From a virus: a stretch of 64,000 nt of DNA. The notes under the pieces are model-generated. The model did no database searches, was not told the DNA's origin, and saw only the letters and a list, made by a program, of their open reading frames with translations. Below, in pieces: positions 49,321 through 58,934 of this stretch; within the stretch, counting starts at the first letter, position 1; the number at the start of each line of letters is the position of its first letter. The stretch covers positions 1 through 64,000 of IMG/VR virus record IMGVR_UViG_3300027747_002969; one strand, 5' to 3'. Made by a program: the position numbers and the translations under genes.

Positions 49321-49440
49321 ATGCCAAAAGAATGGTGGGAAGACGATCATGCTGAAGAGCATGACAGTGATCAGTCAACTGCTCAATCGAGCAGCCATGA
49401 CCATGCTGATGATGTCTATGATCAACACGGTGACGATTAA
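49321..49440 (+). CDS. 39-aa Asp/Glu/His-rich peptide
   Basis: RBS aggag; MPKEWWEDDHAEEHDSD...HDHADDVYDQHGDD. Confidence 0.45.
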   Translation: MPKEWWEDDHAEEHDSDQSTAQSSSHDHADDVYDQHGDD

Positions 49441-49580
49441 CTGAGGATTAATCATGTGCCAGTTGCATAGGTCCAAATAAACTATGCAACTGGCACATAC
49501 CACTACCAGTTTATCTGTTGTTGTGATCATCCATAATTTTCTGTAAATATTGTGCAACGCAATAATTCACAGGAGTTGTT

Positions 49581-49754
49581 ATGATAGAAATGCTGGCCAA
49601 TATGATGGCATCGATAAACAAAGTGCTATGGTCCTTGCGTTGGGCAACCTCGCAGGATGATGTCATATCCTTTTTTGAAACTGAATACAAAAAGGATGCA
49701 CAGTGCGCTTATGAACACTGGCTATCCACACAGAGAGTGGATTTTAAATCTTGA
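49581..49754 (+). CDS. Small hypothetical protein (57 aa, not in the ORF track)
   Basis: RBS aggag at 49571; MIEMLANMM...VDFKS. Confidence 0.5.
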   Translation: MIEMLANMMASINKVLWSLRWATSQDDVISFFETEYKKDAQCAYEHWLSTQRVDFKS

Positions 49755-49828
49755 TCTAGTGGCCATGGTGATAGATTGACGCCGGATTTGGTCCACCTTA
49801 TTATTTGATATGAATATAAGGATTGAAC

Positions 49829-50275
49829 ATGACCGTAGACCTCAACAGATACACAGAATTTGTCGCTGAGATTACCAGTACCGAAAGTCAGGACCTTACT
49901 GCGTTTATGAACCGTTTGGATCGTGTAGATGGCAATTTTGAAGCCTATGGTACTGCGGGGGAGATGCAGCACGGACCGGATGTCAACGTACCACTGTTGT
50001 TGACTGCTGCACTGGGCATGGCAGCGGAAACTGGCGAATTCTGTGAGATTCCCAAGAAAGTCTTTTTCCAAGGCAAGAATCTAGATGATGCGGCATTATT
50101 CCACATGAAGAGAGAACTTGGTGATGTTGCATTCTATTGGATCAATGCGTGTCGTGCCATTGGGGTCAACCCCAACGATGTAATTGAAGAGAACATTCGA
50201 AAATTGGAAGCTCGCTATCCAGGCGGTAAATTTACAGTCGAGCGTTCTGAAAATAGAGTTGAGGGAGATATATAA
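49829..50275 (+). CDS. mazG: MazG-like NTP pyrophosphohydrolase
   Basis: GMAAETGEFCE..KK, ELGDV, NI.KL.ARYP. Confidence 0.88.
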   Translation: MTVDLNRYTEFVAEITSTESQDLTAFMNRLDRVDGNFEAYGTAGEMQHGPDVNVPLLLTAALGMAAETGEFCEIPKKVFFQGKNLDDAALFHMKRELGDVAFYWINACRAIGVNPNDVIEENIRKLEARYPGGKFTVERSENRVEGDI

Positions 50276-50445
50276 TGACTATTGAACTTTATAAGGAAAA
50301 TAGAAAAATTATCACTGAAAAACACGGAGAGGGTGAAGTTGATCTCACCGTTGGCAAGTGCGCAACTGCTATTAATCTTGGTCATCAGGTGTCTAAAAAA
50401 AGCATAGATCTGTCAACATCGGTGAAGCCACAGATCAAAGGTTAA
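50275..50445 (+). CDS. Small hypothetical protein (56 aa, not in the ORF track)
   Basis: TAATG overlap with mazG; RBS ggag. Confidence 0.45.
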   Translation: MTIELYKENRKIITEKHGEGEVDLTVGKCATAINLGHQVSKKSIDLSTSVKPQIKG

Positions 50446-50465
50446 ACCTGGTGATCTCAAAGCAG

Positions 50466-50493
50466 TTGACAATCTCCTGCTGTGTGTTATAAT
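50466..50493 (+). promoter_or_regulatory. Consensus sigma70 promoter with extended -10
   Basis: TTGACA-N16-TATAAT, with TG before the -10. Confidence 0.8.
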
Positions 50494-50522
50494 GACATAC
50501 ATGATGTCTAGGAGCGACTGCA

Positions 50523-51569
50523 ATGGATAACACCATAGCCAATCTTGATCACTCTGTGCCGGGATTTGACGGGCTTTACATGCAGGTTCTCAACTTCCTT
50601 CATTATGAAGTAGATACTGCTGCTCTCAAACGTGAATTAGTTGCCTATGCAGATGTAGTTGGGATGACAGATATTGCAGAACAGATTCCTGCAGCACAGA
50701 TCTCAGCAGAAGGAAAAATAGCCTATTGCATGAATCGAGGTGCTAGACTGCGGCCCAGCAGCATTGACAAGGTGCGGAGGACTCTAGAAGATTGGAAAGT
50801 TCGCAGTCTTGGTGAAGTGGATTTTGATTGGGACGCAATTGCCACTTCATCTCAGGGCAAGAAAGTTCAACACTATGTTGACTGCTACAGTCAAATTGAC
50901 AATGCCAAAGCCAAAGTTCTCTCTGGAAAAATCAGCACACGAGAGTTGGCCGCACTGGTACGAAAGATAGTGGCTGCTAGAGACGGCGGCAAACCCTGGG
51001 TTACCAAACAACTGCTGGAGCACTACAGGACTGCACTGCAGGAAGCCAAGCAGGATGCTGCAGTTGCTCATTGGGTAAAACCTCTGTCAACCATAGCCGA
51101 TACTCTTGGTCTGTTGGTCAACAATCGCGCTGGTATCAAAACCAGTGCTAAAAATGCCCGTGTACGCAAGTTGACCAATACTCTAGAACAAAGCGATCGC
51201 AACGGGGAAAAAGCCGCTGCCAAGGTTACCTACAAGGATCAAGACACTGCGCTGGGCATCAACAGTGTGGATCCTACCAATCTCGTTGGCGCAGCAGCAG
51301 CAGTGATCTACAACACCAAAACGCGACATTGTGAGGTATATTTTGCAGAACCTGGCAAACGACTCAGTGTTCAAGGTTCTCGCATAACCAATTACGACAA
51401 TGCCAAGAGCCTTGGTAAAATTCTGCGCAATCCAGATACTGATTTGCCCCACTGGAATCGCGCTGCTAACATTCGTAGGTTGGAAGTATTGTTGGCCAAT
51501 ACCAACGGCAAAAATTGGGCACTGCTGGGCAAGTTCAACCGCAACACTATGGTACTTAAAGTCCTATGA
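50523..51569 (+). CDS. Hypothetical early protein
   Basis: Strong promoter and RBS aggag; long ORF. Confidence 0.65.
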   Translation: MDNTIANLDHSVPGFDGLYMQVLNFLHYEVDTAALKRELVAYADVVGMTDIAEQIPAAQISAEGKIAYCMNRGARLRPSSIDKVRRTLEDWKVRSLGEVDFDWDAIATSSQGKKVQHYVDCYSQIDNAKAKVLSGKISTRELAALVRKIVAARDGGKPWVTKQLLEHYRTALQEAKQDAAVAHWVKPLSTIADTLGLLVNNRAGIKTSAKNARVRKLTNTLEQSDRNGEKAAAKVTYKDQDTALGINSVDPTNLVGAAAAVIYNTKTRHCEVYFAEPGKRLSVQGSRITNYDNAKSLGKILRNPDTDLPHWNRAANIRRLEVLLANTNGKNWALLGKFNRNTMVLKVL

Positions 51570-51570
51570 C

Positions 51571-52365
51571 CTAGTCCTTGACCACACCGACTAGTATCTT
51601 ACTGCCCGGCGGATTTATGGCTTTGTTTCGAAAGTCCAATACATTATGCAAGTTGCGTATCAATACCAATTTTTTGAGTGGTTCCATCATAAGTTGTTCA
51701 GTAGTTTGATCGTCTATGTCAGCTGTCGAAGATCGCAATGTGGTCAACTGCGGGTTGTCCACCCAGGTTTTAGCCAGTAAGGGCATTAGTTCTTCTGGAG
51801 TTTTGGCTGTGGCTAGAATATAGTTAGCTATGTCAAGACGTGCTAGGCTGCTGAGTCTAAACATGGCCATCAGGTTATTGTCACTGTTGGATGAATACCC
51901 AGCACTGGGTATCCAAATACCGTGGTTGGTACGTGCCACATAGTCTGTGGTGATTTTTCTAATGACCTGTTGATCGGAATAGTTTTTCATGCCTTCGATC
52001 AACCATAGGCTATTTTGATCAAAAACCATTACACAGCCTGTGACTTTGAGGTCGCGCAGCACAGATACTGCAGCTGCAACGTTGGGCTGTGACAGAGCTG
52101 CTTTCAATCTTTGGCCATTTTTGCTTTGATGCTCTGAGACAGTTGGATGACCCGTGGTCATTGGAGTAAGGCTGCTGCTGATGATGCTGACTCCGTGAGA
52201 ATTCATTCCTTCAGTCCAGCCAGTTTGTTCATCCATCAAGGTCACACATTCAATACCATTTGTCTGCAGACGAACTAGTTGAGTTTTGGTATCTACAGGT
52301 CGATCACGGTTTTTCACACCAACCCAACCAATTTTAGGAAATTTTTTTGCTATAATGGTGCACAT
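51571..52365 (-). CDS. Ntn-hydrolase-like protein (N-terminal Cys nucleophile)
   Basis: M-CTII start, KNRDR, EGMNSHGV, RTNHG. Confidence 0.7.
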   Translation of the reverse strand: MCTIIAKKFPKIGWVGVKNRDRPVDTKTQLVRLQTNGIECVTLMDEQTGWTEGMNSHGVSIISSSLTPMTTGHPTVSEHQSKNGQRLKAALSQPNVAAAVSVLRDLKVTGCVMVFDQNSLWLIEGMKNYSDQQVIRKITTDYVARTNHGIWIPSAGYSSNSDNNLMAMFRLSSLARLDIANYILATAKTPEELMPLLAKTWVDNPQLTTLRSSTADIDDQTTEQLMMEPLKKLVLIRNLHNVLDFRNKAINPPGSKILVGVVKD

Positions 52366-52461
52366 GCGATATTTATTATTTTTTTCACGGTTTGTGACCA
52401 TCAAAAACTTTTGACATTGTCAATGTCCTGTGTTACAAACAACCAACAACAGGGCAGTGTC

Positions 52462-53649
52462 ATGCATTATTCATCTCATATCCAGCAATATCTAGATGCT
52501 ATTAAAGGCTGTGATGCATTCTTTGTAGCCGAAAGAGAACACTTTAAGATCATCAACTACATTAGTATGGGCAACGATGTATTCCCAAACCCTGCTTCTG
52601 CACCAGATGCTGAGACTGCTGCCCACTGGCATCTTCGTCGTCAGTGTCGTGGTTTGATTTTTGACCACCATGGCAATGTGATCTCTCTTCCGATACATAA
52701 ATTTTTCAATGCCATGGAAAGAGATGAAACGCAGATTCATTGCATTGATCTAAATGAACCACATGTTATTCTTGATAAGTGTGATGGATCGATGGTTCGT
52801 CCGATTCCCATTGGCGACGACTATCGCCTTGGTACCAAGATGGGCATGACAGAAGTTGCTATGCAGGCTGAGGTCTGGGTGGCTCAGCGGCCCAACTATG
52901 ACGAATTTATACGCCTGCATCTTGAGCGTGGACAAACGCCTATATTTGAATGGTGCAGCCGCAAGCAGCGCATAGTCATTGATTATCCTGTGGATCGCTT
53001 GGTGCTGATTGCCATTCGTGATTTGGCCACTGGCCAATATAAGAGTTATCAGCAGATGCTGACCTATGGTGCTGCCTACGACGTAGAAGTGGTACGTGCT
53101 TACGATGGCACGGCTGAAAACATGCGGGCATTGGTTGAAGAGACTCGTGTGCTGCAAAACCAGGAGGGTTGGATCATACGCTTTGATGATGGTAGAATGA
53201 TCAAGATCAAAGCGGAGGACTATTGTATAAGGCATTCTGCCAAAGACAGCATCATGATGGAAAAGAATACGATTGGTTTGATGTTGACTGAAAAACTAGA
53301 TGACATAAAACCTGTGCTGGACAATGACACTCGCAGTCAACTGGAAAAGTATGAAACAGCGTTCTGGAAGGGCATTTCAGACTCTGAAAAGATCTGGAGC
53401 ACTGTGAACAATAGCTGTCGTGGGATTTACGGCACTGATCGCAAGGCGTTTGCACTATCAGACATGGCTAAAGTCATGGACGGTAATCTAAAATCGGCAA
53501 TTTTCCGGGCCTGGGATGTTGAGAATTTTGATTGGCGTCAAGCGGTGCTGGATGTGGTTGCCAAACACATCGGTAGCCAAAACAGAGTCGATGCCGTTCG
53601 TGCTCTGTGGGGTGGTGCTCATTTCTCACTCAATCAACCAGATGAGTAG
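52462..53649 (+). CDS. RNA ligase 1 (T4 Rnl1-like)
   Basis: CRGLIF, HKFFN, KCDGSM, FEW, EGWII, KIK. Confidence 0.88.
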   Translation: MHYSSHIQQYLDAIKGCDAFFVAEREHFKIINYISMGNDVFPNPASAPDAETAAHWHLRRQCRGLIFDHHGNVISLPIHKFFNAMERDETQIHCIDLNEPHVILDKCDGSMVRPIPIGDDYRLGTKMGMTEVAMQAEVWVAQRPNYDEFIRLHLERGQTPIFEWCSRKQRIVIDYPVDRLVLIAIRDLATGQYKSYQQMLTYGAAYDVEVVRAYDGTAENMRALVEETRVLQNQEGWIIRFDDGRMIKIKAEDYCIRHSAKDSIMMEKNTIGLMLTEKLDDIKPVLDNDTRSQLEKYETAFWKGISDSEKIWSTVNNSCRGIYGTDRKAFALSDMAKVMDGNLKSAIFRAWDVENFDWRQAVLDVVAKHIGSQNRVDAVRALWGGAHFSLNQPDE

Positions 53650-53723
53650 TGTGATCAATCTTCCATATCCACGGTTGACAGTCAATTCGCAGATGTTATT
53701 TTGTAGTTTCACAGGATTATCAA

Positions 53724-54110
53724 ATGAAAATCAAAACTCAGTATGATGTTGGACATGTATTTTACCTTCCTAGGGTGGTTACACGGTATGAAAAAGACAT
53801 CATTCAGCACCCAGATGCCGATGGCAACACAGTTAACTATTATCGAGATGTGGCAACACTAGAACCAACTATAAGACATAAAATTGTAACGCGCATTGAG
53901 ATCACTGTTACAGCTGACAGGGTTGACATCAACTACTGGGCCAAAAATGCCAATGAAGATTCCAGTCTTATAGATCAGAACTACCAAGAGGATGAATTGG
54001 ACATTACCGATTCCAAAATTGCCTGGGAATTCGCTAGACGTTGGTGTCGCGAGGAGAAGTGTGTGTATTTTGGGAGACAAGAATACGATGACCCTGCACA
54101 TGTCTCATAA
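53724..54110 (+). CDS. Hypothetical protein
   Basis: Promoter TTGACA at 53675; RBS agga. Confidence 0.6.
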   Translation: MKIKTQYDVGHVFYLPRVVTRYEKDIIQHPDADGNTVNYYRDVATLEPTIRHKIVTRIEITVTADRVDINYWAKNANEDSSLIDQNYQEDELDITDSKIAWEFARRWCREEKCVYFGRQEYDDPAHVS

Positions 54111-54387
54111 GATGTTCAGCATGCTTTTTTGGATAAGAACCTGGATCAAGAGTTTTGTTGTACCATGTAGGTTGACCTGGCACGACACCGATCCAGAAAT
54201 AGCTCGGCAGTTGTCTCGCAGAGTCAAAATGAAACTCATAGCAGATCAACTAACAGAGCCTGAATCACTGCTGTTTCATACATTACTCCTCACAGATGAT
54301 TGGTGTGGTCCCTCCGTTTTTGTCTGGGGACAACTGGGATCTGACGCTTTTCATTGTGAATATTGTGAGATCACTGCATGGACTTAG
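54100..54387 (+). CDS. Hypothetical protein
   Basis: Overlaps the upstream stop; start uncertain. Confidence 0.4.
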   Translation: MSHKMFSMLFWIRTWIKSFVVPCRLTWHDTDPEIARQLSRRVKMKLIADQLTEPESLLFHTLLLTDDWCGPSVFVWGQLGSDAFHCEYCEITAWT

Positions 54388-54469
54388 TAGTCGTTGAGAA
54401 TTATCACTGCAAGTGAACCCTGTTTTCCTTTAGGTTAACAGACTTCCGCTTGAAAGATTAAATAACATT

Positions 54470-55045
54470 ATGACAAAGAGAATCTTTGAATCTAGCCCCG
54501 ATACCCTGATAGGAAGTTTTACACCAGATTTAGTGCTGAGCAAATTGTGGTTGATACGAGAAGTCAGTCGAATTAATCGCAGTTTTGCAACCATTTATAT
54601 ACTGGGATCATGGTACGGTAATCTCAGCATACTGCTTCTGCAACAGCATGATATCACATTCGATCGGATCGCCAATGTTGATACTAATGTTTATAAACTG
54701 GACACCGGATATCGTCTAGCCCAGCGTTTAGATATTGACCACAAGATCATTCCTGTAGCCAAAGATGCCAATACTCTTACCTACAGCATGATGAAAAGCC
54801 CTGGGTTAGTCATCAACACCAGTGCAGGCAATATGCAAAACTCCGGATGGTTTGCCAATATTCCTCCTGGAACACTGGTGGCCATACAGGGTCGCGATCC
54901 AGATCCCGGTGCTGTTTATCAATTCAACAGCACGGATGAATTGGAAGATGCTTTTTTTATGGACAGGATATTATATCGAGGACAGTTATCACTGACAGAC
55001 CCTGAAACTGCCTACACAAGACACATGCTGATTGGCATCAGATAG
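54470..55045 (+). CDS. Class I SAM methyltransferase-like protein
   Basis: YILGSWYG, NVD, DAN, VINTS, R.MLIG. Confidence 0.65.
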   Translation: MTKRIFESSPDTLIGSFTPDLVLSKLWLIREVSRINRSFATIYILGSWYGNLSILLLQQHDITFDRIANVDTNVYKLDTGYRLAQRLDIDHKIIPVAKDANTLTYSMMKSPGLVINTSAGNMQNSGWFANIPPGTLVAIQGRDPDPGAVYQFNSTDELEDAFFMDRILYRGQLSLTDPETAYTRHMLIGIR

Positions 55046-55116
55046 ATGAGACCTTTTTTTTTTTAGATTGGTGATAAATAACGTTAGGAACACAACGGCT
55101 GTCAGGGGTGATTAAC

Positions 55117-55299
55117 ATGTCCAAGCTGCTCAAGAAGCTATGTTTTTCGTTTGCTGTATTTGTTGCCTTTTATGTCTCTGGACATTTTGCCATGTATCTA
55201 GAAAGTTTTAATGAAAATGTCTTGGCAAGTTCGGCCTTGTTTGGAGCAAGTTTTGCCAGTTTGGTAGGTGGCGGATTTAAATTATGGCATGATTTATGA
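55117..55299 (+). CDS. Small two-TM membrane protein
   Basis: Two hydrophobic segments; TAAATA at 55075. Confidence 0.45.
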   Translation: MSKLLKKLCFSFAVFVAFYVSGHFAMYLESFNENVLASSALFGASFASLVGGGFKLWHDL

Positions 55300-55354
55300 A
55301 TCCTGCGCCTGGTAAAAATTGATGCTGTGGTTTTAATTTTGGAGATTTCGTGTT

Positions 55355-55921
55355 TTGGGATCGACACTTGTGTTGAATGCGGATTACACTCCATTGAGCA
55401 TTATTCCTATATCATCAATTTCTTGGAAAGATGCTATTAAAATATCATTTTTAGGACATGCAACTGCAATAGAATACTATACAGACTGGAAAATACGCAG
55501 TCCCAGTACTACCATTGATGTTCCTGCAGTTATGGTATCAAACACCTATATTAAGAAAAAACATGGGGTAAGGTTTTCAAGATATAATCTGTTGCTGCGT
55601 GACGGATTTACCTGCCAGTATTGTAGCAAGAAACTCAACACATTTGACCTTACAGTTGATCATGTGATTCCTCGTGCCAGGGGTGGCACCACCCGTTGGG
55701 AAAATATTGTGTGCTGCTGCTATGTGTGCAACAGTATCAAGGGGCACAAAACACACATGCGTCCAAATAACAAACCAATAAAACCGGACTATTATCAACT
55801 GTTGGATTATGCTCGACGTACTCCAATTAAGATTCCTAGTGAAACATGGATAAAATATCTCAACTGGGATGAATCTGTGATCACAGTGGTCAAAACCGAG
55901 CAATCTAAAATTGACATCTAG
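55355..55921 (+). CDS. HNH endonuclease (McrA-like)
   Basis: LVLNADY, RDGFTCQYC, DHVIP..GG...WEN, C..CN..K. Confidence 0.9.
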   Translation: MGSTLVLNADYTPLSIIPISSISWKDAIKISFLGHATAIEYYTDWKIRSPSTTIDVPAVMVSNTYIKKKHGVRFSRYNLLLRDGFTCQYCSKKLNTFDLTVDHVIPRARGGTTRWENIVCCCYVCNSIKGHKTHMRPNNKPIKPDYYQLLDYARRTPIKIPSETWIKYLNWDESVITVVKTEQSKIDI

Positions 55922-55967
55922 ATCTGCGATCTACAACAATAGTGTAGAATAATAGGAGAATTTTTCT

Positions 55968-56429
55968 ATGAGCAGCACAGTAACATCTGAATCGCCATCT
56001 TCACCACCAAATGTGTCCCTGCAGGATCTGCAGAATCTATTGATTGTGATTGATTTGGCAACTAGCCGGGGTGCATTTCGCGGTAACGAAATTAGCCAGA
56101 TTGGTGCATTGTTTGATAAGTTGTCGCTTTTCCTAGAAAGCGTTGCACCTAAACCAGCTGAAAACAACACGCAGCCTGGGGCTCAACCAGCGCAGCAGAT
56201 GCCACCACAGGTACAGCAGATGCCACCACAGGTACAGCAGATGCCACCACAGGTACAGCAGATGCCACCACAGGTACAGCAGATGCCACCACAGGTACAG
56301 CAGATGCCACCACAGGTACAGCAGATGCCACCACAGGTACAGCAGATGCCACCACAGGTACAGCAGATGCCACACCCAAACCCAGTTATGCCTATGACTC
56401 CACCATTTGCTCCAAAGATAGGTATTTGA
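55968..56429 (+). CDS. Hypothetical protein with (QQMPPQV)8 repeat
   Basis: RBS aggag; IDLATSRGAF core. Confidence 0.7.
   Translation: MSSTVTSESPSSPPNVSLQDLQNLLIVIDLATSRGAFRGNEISQIGALFDKLSLFLESVAPKPAENNTQPGAQPAQQMPPQVQQMPPQVQQMPPQVQQMPPQVQQMPPQVQQMPPQVQQMPPQVQQMPPQVQQMPHPNPVMPMTPPFAPKIGI
56193..56373. repeat. Perfect 21-bp tandem repeat, 8.6 copies
   Basis: Identical cagcagatgccaccacaggta units. Confidence 0.95.
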
Positions 56430-56430
56430 A

Positions 56431-57153
56431 ATGAGCGACATGACAGGAATGGTCAAGCATGTTGGTATGCTAAACAACACTGGCAAAAATGTTGTAGTAG
56501 TATACATGCAACTGCCTGGCGATCCAAACCATGCATTGGTCGTTGATACAGATGCTCTGCCTGACAACTACAATGACAGCCTGCGTCGTGTAGTTGAAAG
56601 CACAGAGGGTCAACAAAGCCAAAACCTTGCAGATGTGTTAGCACGCCGTATGAGCCCAGACGGCAGTAATACTACACTGTTGAACAAGTTCCATTCGGCT
56701 GGGCGTCTGCAGAAAGTGCCAACTAGTTTGGTCACTATGACACCCCGCAAGGGTCTACGGTGGCCTTTGTCAGAGGTCATCAATGCTATGGATAAAATGA
56801 ATGAAAACACTCCGGTTGGTTTTGATGATTTAGATCCGGAAACTCGCGCAAGTTTGGCTGCAGATCTCAAGAAGTTTAACGTACATGCCAACAACATGGA
56901 CGGTGAATCTCGTGCTGATCGCAAGGATGAGGCTGTGGGTCTCATCCGGCAGGCAGAGTTGTTGGAATCTGATGCACAAAAGATGCGCGAGCGTGCTTAT
57001 CGTATGGATCCGGCACTGATGAAAAAACAAAGCAAGTCTAAATCTACAGCAACAGAAGATTTGTTGGTGGGGTTAGACAAGGAAAAGGCAGCAGAATCTA
57101 ACCAACCTGCAGTCAAAAAGCCAAGATCTCCTAGGAAACCCAAGGCATCTTGA
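56431..57153 (+). CDS. Hypothetical protein
   Basis: Long ORF with a basic C-terminal tail. Confidence 0.65.
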   Translation: MSDMTGMVKHVGMLNNTGKNVVVVYMQLPGDPNHALVVDTDALPDNYNDSLRRVVESTEGQQSQNLADVLARRMSPDGSNTTLLNKFHSAGRLQKVPTSLVTMTPRKGLRWPLSEVINAMDKMNENTPVGFDDLDPETRASLAADLKKFNVHANNMDGESRADRKDEAVGLIRQAELLESDAQKMRERAYRMDPALMKKQSKSKSTATEDLLVGLDKEKAAESNQPAVKKPRSPRKPKAS

Positions 57154-57158
57154 TATCT

Positions 57159-57425
57159 ATGACACCTACTAGACAGATCATATTGGATGAAATTGCGGCC
57201 GAACGTAGACGTCAATATGATCTGCCTGGTAGTGAATTTGATCAAAAACACACAATCAATGACTGGATTGCAATATCTAGCCAATATCTCACTAGATGTG
57301 TTGCACGAAAGCATATGAAATTAGATTATCAAGAGCAGAGACAATCGCTTATAAAGGCCGCAGCAGTAATACTTGCTTCTATCGAACACCTAGATAGAAA
57401 AACGTTCACCTCTGAACAATCATAG
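57159..57425 (+). CDS. Hypothetical protein
   Basis: EI.AER.RQ...DW...LIKAAAV.LA.IE pattern. Confidence 0.55.
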   Translation: MTPTRQIILDEIAAERRRQYDLPGSEFDQKHTINDWIAISSQYLTRCVARKHMKLDYQEQRQSLIKAAAVILASIEHLDRKTFTSEQS

Positions 57426-57493
57426 ATTGTCAACTATCAAAAGTTAGCTGTGAATCAGGTTGACTAGCCTCGCTGTTGCAGACATAATATGGT

Positions 57494-58147
57494 ATGAAAA
57501 ACTGTCGTCTCATAGCCATTACCAAACCTACGATTACAGAATGCACCACAGCTGAAGAGCTGGTAGCATATTGTGCAAGGGTATCAAATCCCACCAACCA
57601 GCAGAATCACAGCACCAGTGCCAAACTGATACGTTATCTTATAAGCCACGCACACTGGTCGCCATTAGAAATGGTTCAATTGGTCATTGAGATCAACACC
57701 ACTCGTGACATTGCTCGCCAGATTCTGCGTCATAAGAGTTTTAGTTTCCAGGAGTTCAGCCAACGCTATGCTGATCCTACAGGTAATTTAGGGTTTAGCA
57801 ACCGCGAAGCTAGACTGCAGGATACCAAGAACCGTCAGAACAGCATTGAGATCACAGATCAGGAGCTGGAAATTGCCTGGGCAGATCAACAGGCGCAGCT
57901 GATCCAGCAGGCCATGGATGTCTACAAATGGGCAATTGATCACAACATTGCCAAGGAACAGGCCAGAGCAGTGTTGCCCGAGGGTCTAACCAATAGCAGA
58001 CTATATATGGCCGGTACTCTGCGCAGTTGGGTACACTACTGCGACCTACGCCGCGGCAACGGCACACAGAAAGAACACCGTGAGATTGCAGAGTCCTGTT
58101 GGCAGATCATTTTGAGCCAATTTCCCATGCTGGCAGAAGACTTGTGA
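57494..58147 (+). CDS. thyX: Flavin-dependent thymidylate synthase
   Basis: HWSPLE, RQILRH.SFSFQEFSQRY, EQARAVLP, TQKEH. Confidence 0.95.
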   Translation: MKNCRLIAITKPTITECTTAEELVAYCARVSNPTNQQNHSTSAKLIRYLISHAHWSPLEMVQLVIEINTTRDIARQILRHKSFSFQEFSQRYADPTGNLGFSNREARLQDTKNRQNSIEITDQELEIAWADQQAQLIQQAMDVYKWAIDHNIAKEQARAVLPEGLTNSRLYMAGTLRSWVHYCDLRRGNGTQKEHREIAESCWQIILSQFPMLAEDL

Positions 58148-58177
58148 CGAAGCCGATCAACCAAAAGGAAACCACTC

Positions 58178-58531
58178 ATGACCAGCGATGCCAACAAGCA
58201 GTTTACAGATACTTTGGTTGAGTTTGGCGAAGCCTATCGCTCTCGAGCCAAAGAATATGCAACCGAGTGTGACCTCTATTGGAATAGTCTCACCACTGAC
58301 AAACAACTGATGGCCTTTTACAGTGTGGTACAACGCATCTGCAAAGGTGAACTGAAAGACCAAGGCAGTTATCGTCATGTGTTGTATCGAGTGTTTGGGT
58401 TTGACATGGACAGTTATGGCATTGGCATGGAATGCGGATATATGGAGCTGCACAACAGCATAGTGAGAAACCGTCCCCCGCTAGACAGATTTGATCATCA
58501 AGAGAGGATCGACAATGAAGATAGGACTTAG
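58178..58531 (+). CDS. Hypothetical protein
   Basis: RBS aagga; GSYRHVLY.VFGF. Confidence 0.6.
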   Translation: MTSDANKQFTDTLVEFGEAYRSRAKEYATECDLYWNSLTTDKQLMAFYSVVQRICKGELKDQGSYRHVLYRVFGFDMDSYGIGMECGYMELHNSIVRNRPPLDRFDHQERIDNEDRT

Positions 58532-58925
58532 CTTCAGCCGATGCCTAAGTGATATTGTAGATGGCAAGGTAGATATAGATGATGTGCTGGTCATTATTGC
58601 GGGCACAGACTTTGACCCCAGACAAGATGACCAGTGGTGGGATATTTGGAATGGTTATTTTCATGGGGGTGCAGGGCATTCACCTTGGTCAAAACACTCG
58701 CCAGATGACAGAGAAAAATTTCGCAGCGTCGCTGTTGATCTTTGGAATCGGGGCAAATTGCATCAGCCTCGCAAGTTTGGTGCAGTCCACCGTCATCGCA
58801 GAGAGCACTGGTTAGAAACCATACTGCTCGACACTGATCTAGAACAAAATCCCATGGCCAAAGAAGCCTGGGACCATTTCAAAATAGTCGCTGTGCTCAG
58901 CGATGTGAAAATTAACCAACGGTAG
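58515..58925 (+). CDS. Hypothetical protein
   Basis: MKIGLSFSRC, GKLHQPRKFG; RBS gagg. Confidence 0.6.
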   Translation: MKIGLSFSRCLSDIVDGKVDIDDVLVIIAGTDFDPRQDDQWWDIWNGYFHGGAGHSPWSKHSPDDREKFRSVAVDLWNRGKLHQPRKFGAVHRHRREHWLETILLDTDLEQNPMAKEAWDHFKIVAVLSDVKINQR

Positions 58926-58934
58926 TTCACTCAA

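Noticed and set aside
56193-56373. CRISPR array
   Set aside because: Head-to-tail repeats without spacers, in frame within a CDS
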